From: Dehalococcoidia bacterium
GTDB taxonomy: Bacteria > Chloroflexota > Dehalococcoidia > Lucifugimonadales > UBA3495
Assembly (NCBI GenBank): GCA_965222025.1
Contig: CBDCTI010000011.1
Coordinates: forward strand, 70,990 to 134,989
DNA length: 64,000 bases
Reading direction: 5' to 3'
This document shows positions 50,301 to 64,000 of this stretch, piece by piece; within the stretch, counting starts at the first letter, position 1, and each line of letters opens with the position of its first letter. The notes under the pieces are model-generated. The model did not search any database, was not told the DNA's origin, and saw only the letters and a list, made by a program, of their open reading frames with translations. A program made the translations under genes and the position numbers.

Positions 50301-51542
50301 CTAGAGTCGCTCGTCGGCTAGGAGAAGCAACTCCAGCAATACCTGCGTCCCATTGGCGCAGTCCTCCGGCGACGAGTACTCCTCGATGGCGTGGCTGATG
50401 CCCTCGACGCTGGGAACAAAGACCATGGCCATGGGCGCGATCGCAGCGATGGCCTGAGCGTCGTGGCCCGCGCCGCTGGGCACCCGCTCCCAGGCGAACC
50501 CGGCCCGCTCGGCGGCCTCGCCCACCCAGTCCTGCATCCCCTGGACGATGGGCACCGGGTCGGTGAAGCGGTGGCGGTTGATGGTGATTTCCACGCCGTC
50601 CTCTTCCTCCGACTGACGGGCCACGCGGGTCAACTCCCGCTCGGCGGCCTCCATGGCGGACATCTCCAGGTCGCGGAACTCGATTCCGACGGTGGCCCTG
50701 CCCGGCACCACGTTGACGGCGTTGGGGGTGACGTCCAGCGCCCCGGCGGTGGCTACTCGGCAGATCTCATCCTCGGCGGCCATCCGTTGCACCTGCACCA
50801 CCAGCTTGGACGCCGCCACCAGGGCATCGCGTCGTTCTCCCATGGGGGTGGTGCCGGCATGGTTGGACATACCGGTGATATCCAGCTCGAAGACCCCCCG
50901 TCCGGTGATGCCCGTAACCGCGCCGATGGGTGTCCCTGAACGGAAGAGATAAGGCCCCTGCTCTATGTGCAGCTCGAAGTAGGCCGCGAGCTCGCCCGTC
51001 CTCCGGGCCGCTTCGTCCACCCGGGACAGGTCGCCTCCGATGTCGCCCATGCGCTCGGCCAGGGAGACGCCCTCTGCGTCCACGGCCGCCAGGTCTTCCG
51101 GCTCCAGCATCCCGGCCATGGCCCTGCTGCCGATCAGCCAGCGGTGGAAGCGGGTGCCCTCCTCGTTGGTGAATACAATCGCTTCCAAGGGATGGCGCGT
51201 TACCTGCCCGCTGTCTGCCAGCGTCTTCACCGCCTCGATGGCCCCCATCACACCCAGGGCGCCGTCGTACTTGCCGCCCAGGGGCACCGTGTCGGTGTGG
51301 GAGCCCATGGCGATGGCGGGCAGGGAGTCGTCCGTGCCTGCCTTGCGCCCTATGATGTTGCCAGCGGTGTCGATGCGGACTTCCAGACCCGCCTCACGCA
51401 TGAGGCCCATGGTGTACTCGCGGCTCTCGATGTCCGCCGGCGAGAAGGCCAGGCGGTCCATGCCCTCGGGCGTCTCGCCGAACTTCCCCAGCTCGTCGAG
51501 CGTCTGGTTCAGGCGCGCTGCATTGATGGCGAAACCGGGCAT
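50301..51542 (-). CDS. M20-family Zn hydrolase (N-carbamoyl-amino-acid/allantoate amidohydrolase type)
   Basis: GSHTDTVP.GGKYDGALGV, NEEG.RF, FELHIEQGP, SGAGHDA, G.SH...EYS. Confidence 0.9.
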   Translation of the reverse strand: MPGFAINAARLNQTLDELGKFGETPEGMDRLAFSPADIESREYTMGLMREAGLEVRIDTAGNIIGRKAGTDDSLPAIAMGSHTDTVPLGGKYDGALGVMGAIEAVKTLADSGQVTRHPLEAIVFTNEEGTRFHRWLIGSRAMAGMLEPEDLAAVDAEGVSLAERMGDIGGDLSRVDEAARRTGELAAYFELHIEQGPYLFRSGTPIGAVTGITGRGVFELDITGMSNHAGTTPMGERRDALVAASKLVVQVQRMAAEDEICRVATAGALDVTPNAVNVVPGRATVGIEFRDLEMSAMEAAERELTRVARQSEEEDGVEITINRHRFTDPVPIVQGMQDWVGEAAERAGFAWERVPSGAGHDAQAIAAIAPMAMVFVPSVEGISHAIEEYSSPEDCANGTQVLLELLLLADERL

Positions 51543-51632
51543 GGCTTTACTGCTCCGAGTTTGAAATTCCGTCAATGATTGATTCACCCAGCCGGGGGGT
51601 CTGTAAAGTGGCTTCGACTGCCAGAAACCTCA

Positions 51633-51879
51633 CTACCCTGAAACGGAAATGGAAGCGAGGGAATCCCGAGAAATTACCGCGTGAATATACGCGATTAGGC
51701 GAGAATGTCTTTTGGCCCCAGTCTGGGGTAGTCGTCCAGGATGGCTTCCGGCGCGACTCCTTGGCTCAACAGGCTCAGCACTAATTCCACCGAGATGCGC
51801 ATATCGCGGATGATCGGCTTTCCCCCGAATACGTCCGGGGGGCGGTGATGCGTTTTTGAAGCTCTTGGTTGTCGGGCAT
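51633..51879 (-). pseudogene. DUF433 antitoxin relic with two frameshifts
   Basis: Hand translation: MPDNQELQKRITA / PDVFGGKPIIRDMRISVELVLSLLSQG..PEAILDDYP.L..KDILA / AYIHAVISRDSL. Confidence 0.75.
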
Positions 51880-51914
51880 GGATATTTCCCGATACATGAG
51901 CACGAATCGCGGGC

Positions 51915-52652
51915 CTACTGCTTACGCTGGCGCTGTCGCCGGGCCGGCCGGATTTCCTTGATCATGTCTTCCAGCGACTGCCGGTCAATGCCCAGTCCCA
52001 CCGCGGCATTCACATCGCGGCGCACCTCGTCGTGCTTCCCCAGCATGGCGTTGGCCGTGGCCCGGTTGACGTAGGCCACGGAGAAGGTGGGCTCCAGCTT
52101 GAGGGCTTCATTCAGGTCCTTGATGGCCCACTCGAGAGCGCCGGTGGCGATGTAGGCATCGGCCCGATTGTTGTACGGCACCGGGAACCGCTTCTCCAGT
52201 CTGATGGCCTGCGAGAAGTCGTCGATGGCCGGGCCCAGCCGTCCCGCCGCCCGGTGAGCTGCCCCGCGGTCGCTGAAGAATCCGGCAAAGCGCGGATTGA
52301 TGCTGATGGCCCGGGAAAGGTCCAGCACCGCCCTGTCGTGCTCTCCCATGGAGTGCAGGGCGTTGCCCCTCACGCTGTAGGCCACCGGCTGTCGCGGCCT
52401 CCTCTTTATAGCCTCGTGCGCGTCGGCGATGGCCAGTTCCGGCTTGCCCAGGTTCAGGTAGGCCGAGCCGCGGTTGCTGTAGGCCGTGGCCAACTCCGGA
52501 TCCCGCTGTAGTGCTTCAGTGTAGGCCCGCACCGACTCCTCCAGATTGCCGCGTCGCTGCTGGGTCACGCCATAGTCGTACCAGCGTTCCGCTTCCGGCT
52601 TGCCCATGGCGCCCGGTAGAAACCGGCCCAGTTTTTGCAGTACTCCCGGCAA
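51915..52652 (-). CDS. Tetratricopeptide-repeat protein
   Basis: Repeated A...Y..A....P....AY.NRG units. Confidence 0.88.
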   Translation of the reverse strand: MPGVLQKLGRFLPGAMGKPEAERWYDYGVTQQRRGNLEESVRAYTEALQRDPELATAYSNRGSAYLNLGKPELAIADAHEAIKRRPRQPVAYSVRGNALHSMGEHDRAVLDLSRAISINPRFAGFFSDRGAAHRAAGRLGPAIDDFSQAIRLEKRFPVPYNNRADAYIATGALEWAIKDLNEALKLEPTFSVAYVNRATANAMLGKHDEVRRDVNAAVGLGIDRQSLEDMIKEIRPARRQRQRKQ

Positions 52653-52718
52653 CTTGCTGCTGTCTCCTCGGTCCGTCGGCTTCGCGCTACGGAAAAACGG
52701 GTACCGCGACTGCTGGCC

Positions 52719-53129
52719 TCAGACCCCTGCTCTCATCCTGGCATCGAACAGATTCTGCTCCAGGGCCTCTCGGTCTGCACCCAGTTCCACCGCCCTTTCA
52801 AGGTCGTTCAGGGCCTGCTCGTGCCTGCCGATGAGAGTATACACAATGCTCCGGCTGACCCGTGCATCGAGGTGGGACGGGTTGTTCTGGATCACCATGC
52901 TGAAATCCCCTATGGCCCGTTCCGGGGATCCGATGGCAAGGAACAGCATCCCACGGTTGTAGTAGGCCTTCCACCCGGCCCGGTTCATCGTCACGGCGCG
53001 GTTGAAATACCACAGCGCGCGGGTGGGCTGACCCCATCGAGCGTAGATCATGGCCCACTGGTAGTAGAAATCGCTCACCAGCAGACGCAGCAGCGTGAAG
53101 CCCTGTCCCAGCAGTCGGAACACAATCAT
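52719..53129 (-). CDS. Short TPR protein
   Basis: AYYNRGMLFL..G..ERAIGDF, ALNDLERAVELG. ATG 53129 chosen; TTG 53150 is possible. Confidence 0.75.
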   Translation of the reverse strand: MIVFRLLGQGFTLLRLLVSDFYYQWAMIYARWGQPTRALWYFNRAVTMNRAGWKAYYNRGMLFLAIGSPERAIGDFSMVIQNNPSHLDARVSRSIVYTLIGRHEQALNDLERAVELGADREALEQNLFDARMRAGV

Positions 53130-53671
53130 TTCCGTGACATTTAACCACACCCGGTGTTGACCCGGTATTTGCTGGGAGGCCCCCGTCTCTCATGCAACCA
53201 AACGGCCCAGGGCCGCACCTCTCTGCGGGCCACACAAAACCAAAACCCTCTGCGCCCTCTGTGGTTAACCACCGTTTTCCTGCCCCCAAATTTCCTGCCC
53301 CCAAATCTTATCCATCCTCTAATCACAAAAATCACAGTTCAGACAATGGCACCCACCCTCTTTACTACTGTGATAGACCCCATGTGCATATCATTACTCG
53401 CTGGGTCAGACGTAAGCACACCGAATTGCCACAGGGGAGTACAGCCGTGCGCCCAAACTAAGCGAGGTCATGGACCCTGTGGATACCCACCCCGGGGCCG
53501 ATCAGGGCCAGCCCTGAAAAATACCGGAAACCGAATCATTTCAGGGCGATTTCCTGCCCGGTTGTCCTGCCTGGGGCCTGCGGCCCACTCCCCGCTTGCC
53601 GCCCGCCGCCAACCGGATATAATTGCCCGCAAAGCAGCGGGACGCCGCTATAGAACGATAGGGAGGGAACA

Positions 53672-55045
53672 ATGATGGGCGCTACCGAGACCATGGCGCA
53701 TTGGGTTGTCAACACTAGCTACGAGGACATACCCCCCGACGCCGTCCGCGTCGCCAACGAGTCCTGCTTCGACCTGCTGGGCGTCATCTTGGCCGGATCG
53801 GTGCAGCCGGTGGGGCAGATCATCCAGAAGTACGTATCCGATCAGGGCGCCGTGCCCGAAGCCACGGTGCTCTCCGGTGGCAGCCAGACCACGCTGGCCA
53901 ACGCCGCCCTAGCCAACGGCACCATGGGCCATGCCCTGGACTATGACGACTTCGGCGGCTTCGGCCACCCCACCGTCGCCATATTTCCGGCCCTGCTGGC
54001 CATCGGCGAGCAGACCGGCTCCACCGGCCGCGACCTGCTGGAGGCCTACGTCATCGGCTGCGAGGTCGGTCTGGCCCTGCAGCACACCACCAAGTACAAG
54101 CAGATGGACCGGGGCTTTCATAGCACCGCCGTCATCGGCCGCCTGGCATGCGCCGCCGCCTGCGCCAAGCTGCTCAAGCTGGACGAGGAACAGACAATCA
54201 CAGCGCTTGGCATCGCCGGCTCCATGGCCTCGGGCCTGATCCACAACTTCGGCACAATGACCAAGCCCCTGCACGCTGGCCTCACCGGCCGGGACGGCGT
54301 CACCGCCGTTCAACTGGCCCAGGCCGGGCTGACCGCCGGCGACCAGGTGGTGGAGCACCCCTTTGGCTTTGCCAACACCGTCCTCGGCCCGGGAATCTAC
54401 GACCTGGACGAGATGGCCGATAATCTCGGCCAGCCCTTCCGCATCCAGGACGCACTGATCATCAAGAAGTACCCGTGCTGCGGCGGCAACCACGCCATGC
54501 TGGACAGCCTGTTCAGCCTCATGCGCGATAACGACTTCACCTTCGAGGACGTCGCCAACGCCGAGGTCGACCAGTCCTACTACTCGGTGGTCATGCTCTA
54601 CCAGGAACCCGAGGACGACCTCAAGGGCAAGTTCAGCGCCAAGTACAATGTCGCGGCCGCCTTGGTCGACGGCGAGGTCAAGGTCGACACCTTCACCCAG
54701 GAAAAGATCGACGACCCGACCATGGGCGAGGTCATGGACAAGGTGAATCTGCGGGTGATGGCCAAGTCTGAGGAACTCCTCACCAACTCCGAGGACGGGC
54801 TGAAGGTCAAGATCACCCTCAAGGACGGCCGCGTGCTGGAGCACACCACGGGCCGTGCTGACATCCTCGGCAGCCAGAAGAACCCCTGGGGATTCGACAG
54901 CATCAGGGCCAAGTTCGAGGAGAACGTCGCCCTCGTCCTCAACGACGGCGACGTCAACCGCGCCGTGCAGGCTTGGTCCGACATCCCCGAGGTCACCAAC
55001 GTCGCCGAGCTGGTGCGAAGCACCCTGGTGGCGACCAAGGCATAA
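53672..55045 (+). CDS. MmgE/PrpD family protein
   Basis: AALANGTMGHALDYDD...HP, G.H.T.VIG, KPLHAG, KKYPCC. Confidence 0.9.
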   Translation: MMGATETMAHWVVNTSYEDIPPDAVRVANESCFDLLGVILAGSVQPVGQIIQKYVSDQGAVPEATVLSGGSQTTLANAALANGTMGHALDYDDFGGFGHPTVAIFPALLAIGEQTGSTGRDLLEAYVIGCEVGLALQHTTKYKQMDRGFHSTAVIGRLACAAACAKLLKLDEEQTITALGIAGSMASGLIHNFGTMTKPLHAGLTGRDGVTAVQLAQAGLTAGDQVVEHPFGFANTVLGPGIYDLDEMADNLGQPFRIQDALIIKKYPCCGGNHAMLDSLFSLMRDNDFTFEDVANAEVDQSYYSVVMLYQEPEDDLKGKFSAKYNVAAALVDGEVKVDTFTQEKIDDPTMGEVMDKVNLRVMAKSEELLTNSEDGLKVKITLKDGRVLEHTTGRADILGSQKNPWGFDSIRAKFEENVALVLNDGDVNRAVQAWSDIPEVTNVAELVRSTLVATKA

Positions 55046-55077
55046 TCTCCCTGTCCTGCCCCGTCACCGAGGTACTA

Positions 55078-56300
<1,223 letters not shown>

Positions 56301-56367
56301 TAGCGACAGGGATCTGGCGCGGTGGGTTTCTCGCCCACCGTGCCCCCGATTTACGGGAGGAGACATC

Positions 56368-56547
56368 GTGGCAGTCTGGTGTAACCTGTGTAACAGGAAT
56401 GTTGTTCCGAGGAAAGAATTCAACTGGTTGCCATTCTTGTTCTGTTGCGGCATTGGCTATCTGGTCTATTGGGCGTTCATAAAAAAGCCAGAGTGCCCAG
56501 TCTGCAAGTCCGACAGCAGCTTCGAGCCCGCCCGGCCAAATCAGTAA
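56368..56547 (+). CDS. Unannotated 59-aa LITAF-like zinc-ribbon membrane microprotein
   Basis: GGGAGGAG RBS then GTG: MAVWCNLCNRNVVPRKEFNWLPFLFCCGIGYLVYWAFIKKPECPVCKSDSSFEPARPNQ*. Confidence 0.75.
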   Translation: MAVWCNLCNRNVVPRKEFNWLPFLFCCGIGYLVYWAFIKKPECPVCKSDSSFEPARPNQ

Positions 56548-56608
56548 ACGGGACGTGGTAGAAAAGGAATCGGTTGGACAGGGTGCCGGTACCGGGAGGT
56601 GGTGGGAA

Positions 56609-57046
56609 ATGGTTCTCACTCATCATCTCCCCGAGGAATACGACCATACGCTGAAGTTCGGGCGGTTGCATTTCTGTGCCCGGTGCTCAGGGATGTTGTT
56701 CGGAGTAGTGGCGGGTTTCTTGCCTTGGCCTGGACAGCAGCCTGCTCTACTGCCGCTTGTCACCCTGTGGGTGTCTATGCTTTTGCCGCTGCCTGCATTT
56801 ACAGGTTATGCAGCTCATCTTTTGTGGAATCGCGGCATAAGCAATGCACAGCGGGTGCTTACTGGCATTCTCTTGGGCGTTGCGATTGGTTTTGTGTTTG
56901 ACAGGATCGTCAGACTTCAAATCCTGGAAGCCGCCGCGCAGGCCATTTGGCTCGCGATGCTCCTCTCGTTTGTATTCTGGCTGATGCATATGAAAGGGCT
57001 TCTGGCACCAAAAATGAAGGCTCTGGAGCAGAGAATTCGAAAATGA
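56609..57046 (+). CDS. DUF2085-like membrane protein
   Basis: HH.PE......F....FCARCSG, then hydrophobic helices and SN..R..TG...G. Alternative GTG 56555. Confidence 0.65.
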   Translation: MVLTHHLPEEYDHTLKFGRLHFCARCSGMLFGVVAGFLPWPGQQPALLPLVTLWVSMLLPLPAFTGYAAHLLWNRGISNAQRVLTGILLGVAIGFVFDRIVRLQILEAAAQAIWLAMLLSFVFWLMHMKGLLAPKMKALEQRIRK

Positions 57047-57370
57047 CAGCAAAGGGCCGCGGCCGAGCGCCGGGGCCCTTTATTCGAGCCGGATGGGCAG
57101 TAGCAGCGGCCTGCTCCCCGCCGAAATTGTCCAGGATCGCCAACAAGATCACGCAGATGTTGAGGAATGCATTGTTAAGGCCGACCGTGCCCATGATGGC
57201 AACATGATTGGCAGCCCGCTAGTCTACGAGCGTCGGCTTCCTGCACCGGCTCTTTCACCTGCTTGGTCTCGTAGACCTTGGGAACAAGGAATAACGTAAA
57301 TCTGTGTTCCGCGAGGCGCCATTCAGCCGCCAGGTCGGCAAGGATCGCAGGCGGTTGTAGTCGATTTCCC

Positions 57371-57609
57371 TCACATAGTTACTGAGACCGGAATCCCATC
57401 AGCCCACTCATCCGCTCCCGTGGATGAGAGAGGCGTTCCCTCTTCCTCAAATTGCTCGACAATCATCTCGAGGGCTTCCTTGATACAGTCCAGCACTTCC
57501 TCCCGAGTGTAGCTCCTGGTTGACGCGCCAACGCTCGACCACGGAGGAAAATAGACGTAGCATCCCCCTTTCCGGTTGCAGCAACACCCGGAACCCATAG
57601 TCTTACATA
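57371..57609 (-). pseudogene. HicB-like antitoxin relic
   Basis: ATG TAA then DYGFRVLLQPE, frameshift, then GAST..YTREEVLDCIKEALEMIVE..EEEG. A GTGA-coupled stub MREIDYNRLRS follows. Confidence 0.6.
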
Positions 57610-57624
57610 CCGTCAGATACCGTC

Positions 57625-58053
57625 CTACGGTTCGATGCGGATGTTGTCGCCCACCTTTATCGGGCCGCCGTTGATCACCGTGCAGAGCATGCCGCGGCGG
57701 TGGTTCAGCTCGGTCTGGAGGCCCTGGCGGATCGCGTCCATTTTGCCGCAGGGCTCGCACTCTCCAACGATCTCCATCGTTACCTCGTCGCCGATGAAGA
57801 CCACGTTGCCTGCCACGGTCTGGGACAGGTCAAGCCCACTGACCGTGATGTTTTCCTTTATCTGGCCCGCTGCCAGCCCGAACACGCCCAGGGTCTCGTT
57901 GTCCATGATCAGCACCTGGCGCATATTGCCTTGGCGGCAACTGCGGTCGCCCTCCAGACCCATACCGGATAGGGCCGTTGCTTCCTGCACCGGGTCCGAC
58001 GGCGTTTCCTTGACTCGTGCGATGTGCAGATTGGTGATGCTTCCCTGCTGCAT
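57625..58053 (-). CDS. MOSC domain protein
   Basis: GLEGDR, RQVLI, GQIKENITV.G, CEPC.KMD, RRGM...V..GG.I.VGD. Confidence 0.88.
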   Translation of the reverse strand: MQQGSITNLHIARVKETPSDPVQEATALSGMGLEGDRSCRQGNMRQVLIMDNETLGVFGLAAGQIKENITVSGLDLSQTVAGNVVFIGDEVTMEIVGECEPCGKMDAIRQGLQTELNHRRGMLCTVINGGPIKVGDNIRIEP

Positions 58054-58274
58054 GTCGACGCTCCTCTCCGCTCGTGCTGGCCTGCGAGTGGCCGGTCACG
58101 GCTGTGTTGTTAGACGCTCGCGGCGTATGCTAACCTGCAAGATGGCGGTTCGCGGGGACCCCCGGCGGCACGCCATTGTTTTGCGATTATATGGGCTGCG
58201 GCTGGTAACTGCCACTGCCGGAGCCTTGGTAAAGCAGACCTGTCAAATCAAAATAACCTGTGGAGCGAGGGCAG

Positions 58275-59126
58275 ATGACCTACGAATTCATCAAGACTGA
58301 AAACCGCGACGGCGTGCTGGTAATGACCATGCATGACCCTCCCACCCGAAACGCACTGGGCGCCGAGATGTCGGCTGAGATCCAGACCGAGCTGAACCGC
58401 TTCGAGGATGACCCGGAATGTCGGGTCCTGCTGGTCACCGGCACCGAGCCGTCCTTCTGCTCAGGCGCCAACGTGCGCAATTTCAACCGGCGCATCCAGG
58501 AGGACGAGGCAGTCGGCGCCGAGCCGGAACCCCTGCCCTGGGGCAAGATGGAGTCCCGCTTCGCCAACCGCGACGACCGCGTGGAATACGCCGGCGGCGC
58601 CCCGCTGGTGCCCCTGCGTATCCACAAGCTGCAGAAGCCATCCATAGCCGCCGTCAACGGCCACGCCATGGGCGTCGGCATGGGCGTGGCCCTGGCCTGC
58701 GATATCCGCATAGCCGGAGAGGGGGCCATCTTCTCCGAAGCCTTCTCCCGCATGGGCCTGATCCCCGGCGATGGGTCCTGCTGGCAGTTGCCGCGGCTCA
58801 TCGGCATGAGCAACACCCTGTTGCTCCAGTACACCGGCGACCGCATCGACGGCAACGAGGCCTACAGGTTGGGGATAACCAGCAAGGTGGTGCCTGACGA
58901 CCAGCTGATGGAGTCGGCCATGGAACTGGCCACCCGCTTGGCCAAGGGGCCGACCCAGTCTCACGCCCTGATCAAGTACTTGGTGCACCGCAGCCTGGAC
59001 ATGAACTTCGAGGAGAGCCTCGACCTGGCCCACGTCGCCCAGGCCCAGGCCCGCAAGACCGAGGACCACAAGGAAGCCGTGCAGGCCTTCCTCGAGAAGC
59101 GTCCGGCTGTCTTCAAGGGCCGATAG
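58275..59126 (+). CDS. Enoyl-CoA hydratase/isomerase family protein
   Basis: FCSGAN, KPSIAAVNG.AMG.G..VALACDIR, GLIPGDG...LPRLIG, DHKEAVQAFLEKR. Confidence 0.9.
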   Translation: MTYEFIKTENRDGVLVMTMHDPPTRNALGAEMSAEIQTELNRFEDDPECRVLLVTGTEPSFCSGANVRNFNRRIQEDEAVGAEPEPLPWGKMESRFANRDDRVEYAGGAPLVPLRIHKLQKPSIAAVNGHAMGVGMGVALACDIRIAGEGAIFSEAFSRMGLIPGDGSCWQLPRLIGMSNTLLLQYTGDRIDGNEAYRLGITSKVVPDDQLMESAMELATRLAKGPTQSHALIKYLVHRSLDMNFEESLDLAHVAQAQARKTEDHKEAVQAFLEKRPAVFKGR

Positions 59127-59239
59127 TCATTCTCCGGCCGTCTTGGGGGCGTATTCTCCATCGCCTGCGGAGGGCTAAAATATATAGGTTGGGAAAAGCG
59201 ATCCAGCCAGTTGCTCCAGCCAGTTGCGGGAGGTCATGA

Positions 59240-60445
59240 ATGAGCACCACGAAGGGACCCGTCAATGTGATGCCCTCCCGCGACCCCCTGGCGACCGCCG
59301 GGGAGTTGCTCCCCGATATCCGCGCTGCTGCCGATTCCATAGACGACGCTCGGCGCGTGCCTGATTGGCTGGCAGACAGGCTGGCGGCCGCCGGATTCTT
59401 CCATCTCCTGACCGACAGCGAGCATGGCGGCCTCGCCGCCCACCCAGTCTCTGCCGCTAGGGTCATCGAAGCACTCTCCACGGCCAGTCCCTCTGTCGGA
59501 TGGGTGACCATGATCCTCGCTACCGCATCCTTTTGGACCGTGCGTGTGGTGCCGGAGGAGGTGAGACGGGAGATATTCGCCGCCGTTTCTCCCGGCGAAG
59601 TCCAGCCCACTGTGATCGCCGGCACTCTTGTGCCTCACGGTCGGGCCGTGCGGGTCGAGGGCGGATGGCGCCTCAGCGGCCAGTGGCCCTTCGCCAGCGG
59701 CTGCCACCATGCCACCTGGATGCCCACCGCCAGCTGGCTCTACGACGACAACGGCCCCATCACCGACGAGAACGGCGCGCCGCAGTGGAGGGCCTTCCAT
59801 CTCCCAGTGGCGGACTGCACCATCCTGGATACCTGGTATACCTCGGGCCTGCGGGGGACCGGCAGCACCGATTACACCATCGATAACGTCTTCGTGGCCG
59901 ACCACTACGTCAAGCGCCACTCCCTTTTGGAAGATTCCCTGCTTCCCGACAGGCGATATGCCTATCTGGCCTTCAATGTGCCCATGCTGTCTGCCGTGGC
60001 CTTGGGAGCAGCGTCAGGCGCCGTCGACTCGCTGGTGGAGCTGTTCGGCGGCAAGCTGGACCGTCGCAACCTGCGTCCGGTTGCCGGGGCCTACGACAAG
60101 CAGGCCGACCTCGGGACTGCGAAGGCCACCGTGGACTCTGCCCGCGCTTATCTCTACGACACCACGGCCCAGGCCTGGGAGTTGATAGCGGCGGGTCGGG
60201 AACTGCCCAGGGAGCTTCGGGCAGGCATGCGCTTGGCCTGCACCCACGCGGTCGCTGCCTCCGTGCAGGCCGTCGACCGGGCCCATTCGGCGGCGGGGGC
60301 CACCTCGATCTACTCGTCTTCGCCCCTTGATCGCTTTTTTCGCGATGTCCACTCGGTTGCGGCCCACGCCTTCGTGCGAAAGACGACAATGGCCGACGGC
60401 GGACAACTGCTGCTGGGCCAGGAACCCGCCTTCCGGGTATTCTAG
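59240..60445 (+). CDS. Acyl-CoA dehydrogenase-fold flavin monooxygenase (HsaA/C2-HpaH-like)
   Basis: GWRLSGQWPFASGC.HA.W, W...GL.GTGS.D, S.LDRFFRD.H....H. Confidence 0.85.
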   Translation: MSTTKGPVNVMPSRDPLATAGELLPDIRAAADSIDDARRVPDWLADRLAAAGFFHLLTDSEHGGLAAHPVSAARVIEALSTASPSVGWVTMILATASFWTVRVVPEEVRREIFAAVSPGEVQPTVIAGTLVPHGRAVRVEGGWRLSGQWPFASGCHHATWMPTASWLYDDNGPITDENGAPQWRAFHLPVADCTILDTWYTSGLRGTGSTDYTIDNVFVADHYVKRHSLLEDSLLPDRRYAYLAFNVPMLSAVALGAASGAVDSLVELFGGKLDRRNLRPVAGAYDKQADLGTAKATVDSARAYLYDTTAQAWELIAAGRELPRELRAGMRLACTHAVAASVQAVDRAHSAAGATSIYSSSPLDRFFRDVHSVAAHAFVRKTTMADGGQLLLGQEPAFRVF

Positions 60446-60526
60446 CGGGCCACGTGGGATCCCCTTCAAATAAGCCCTTCCAAGCGCTTTGCGTCAGGGA
60501 ATTTGAGGATTGCGTCATCTTGCCCC

Positions 60527-60555
60527 TTGACGGGGTTGTCCGGGCTGTCTATAAT
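60527..60555 (+). promoter_or_regulatory. Sigma70-type rRNA promoter TTGACG-N17-TATAAT
   Basis: -35 at 60527-60532 and -10 at 60550-60555, about 270 bp before the 23S gene; boxA-like GCACCTTAAAAA at 60676-60687. Confidence 0.8.
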
Positions 60556-60825
60556 CCCACCTTGCAAGAGGAGAGGAATCCATATTGATGGTCATAAACG
60601 CCTGACATAGGCAATCTCCCTCAAGGGATACCTGAACAGCGGTTCGGGGTAAACCCGAATCGTTTTTTCTTGCCCGCACCTTAAAAAGAGAATACGCGAC
60701 CTGAAAATAAATCCTGCAAACTTCAGGTGTGTCCGTGCGTTTACCGTAAGCGTAGCGGGCGCAGAAACTCCGGGGTCTCGGCCACGTCGGCATGAGGGCC
60801 CGGAAGGTTTGGAGTTCCTTGCGTG

Positions 60826-63908
<3,083 letters not shown>

Positions 63909-63984
63909 CACGCAAAGAATTTCAAACCTACTTGAAAAGGCAGGATCCGGGCAGACAATCAGGTCGGCGCATTCTCTACAACAT

Positions 63985-64000
63985 CGCGGGGTGGAGCAGT
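63985..64000 (+). tRNA. 5' fragment of probable initiator tRNA-fMet
   Basis: CGCGGGGTGGAGCAGT is the typical tRNA-fMet 5' end; truncated by the window, anticodon not visible. Confidence 0.6.

Overview
GC-rich bacterial chromosome segment. Gene content (paralogous ring-hydroxylating oxygenases, enoyl-CoA hydratases, peptide/nickel ABC lipoproteins with long Ala/Pro/Thr linkers, acVLRF1, a 23S gene unlinked from 16S) points to Chloroflexota, probably Dehalococcoidia/SAR202-like; this assignment is inference. From left to right: a rubrerythrin-VIT1 fusion running off the left edge; small catabolic genes; a Rieske oxygenase locus with three equal-length alpha paralogues and one beta subunit, separated by a decayed GAF-PAS-pseudokinase-REC-wHTH gene carrying an IS3 element; a DinB/methylase-like fusion; an acVLRF1-mutS2 pair (candidate ribosome-rescue module); malic enzyme and ilvD; an ABC cluster with two binding proteins and no ATPase; sodN; a small ORF plus hsp20 divergent from hspR; two near-identical IS630 copies and an IS1182; a siroheme/alternative-heme operon (HTH, ahbAB, cysG-N, hemC, cobA-hemD, hemB, hemL); CoA-transferase, cyclase, CoxG, M20 hydrolase, TPR, MmgE/PrpD, MOSC, hydratase and flavin monooxygenase genes; several Zn-finger microproteins and toxin-antitoxin relics; and a 23S rRNA gene with its own promoter and a helix-45 insertion, followed by the start of an initiator tRNA. 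All family calls come from motif recognition, not database searches.
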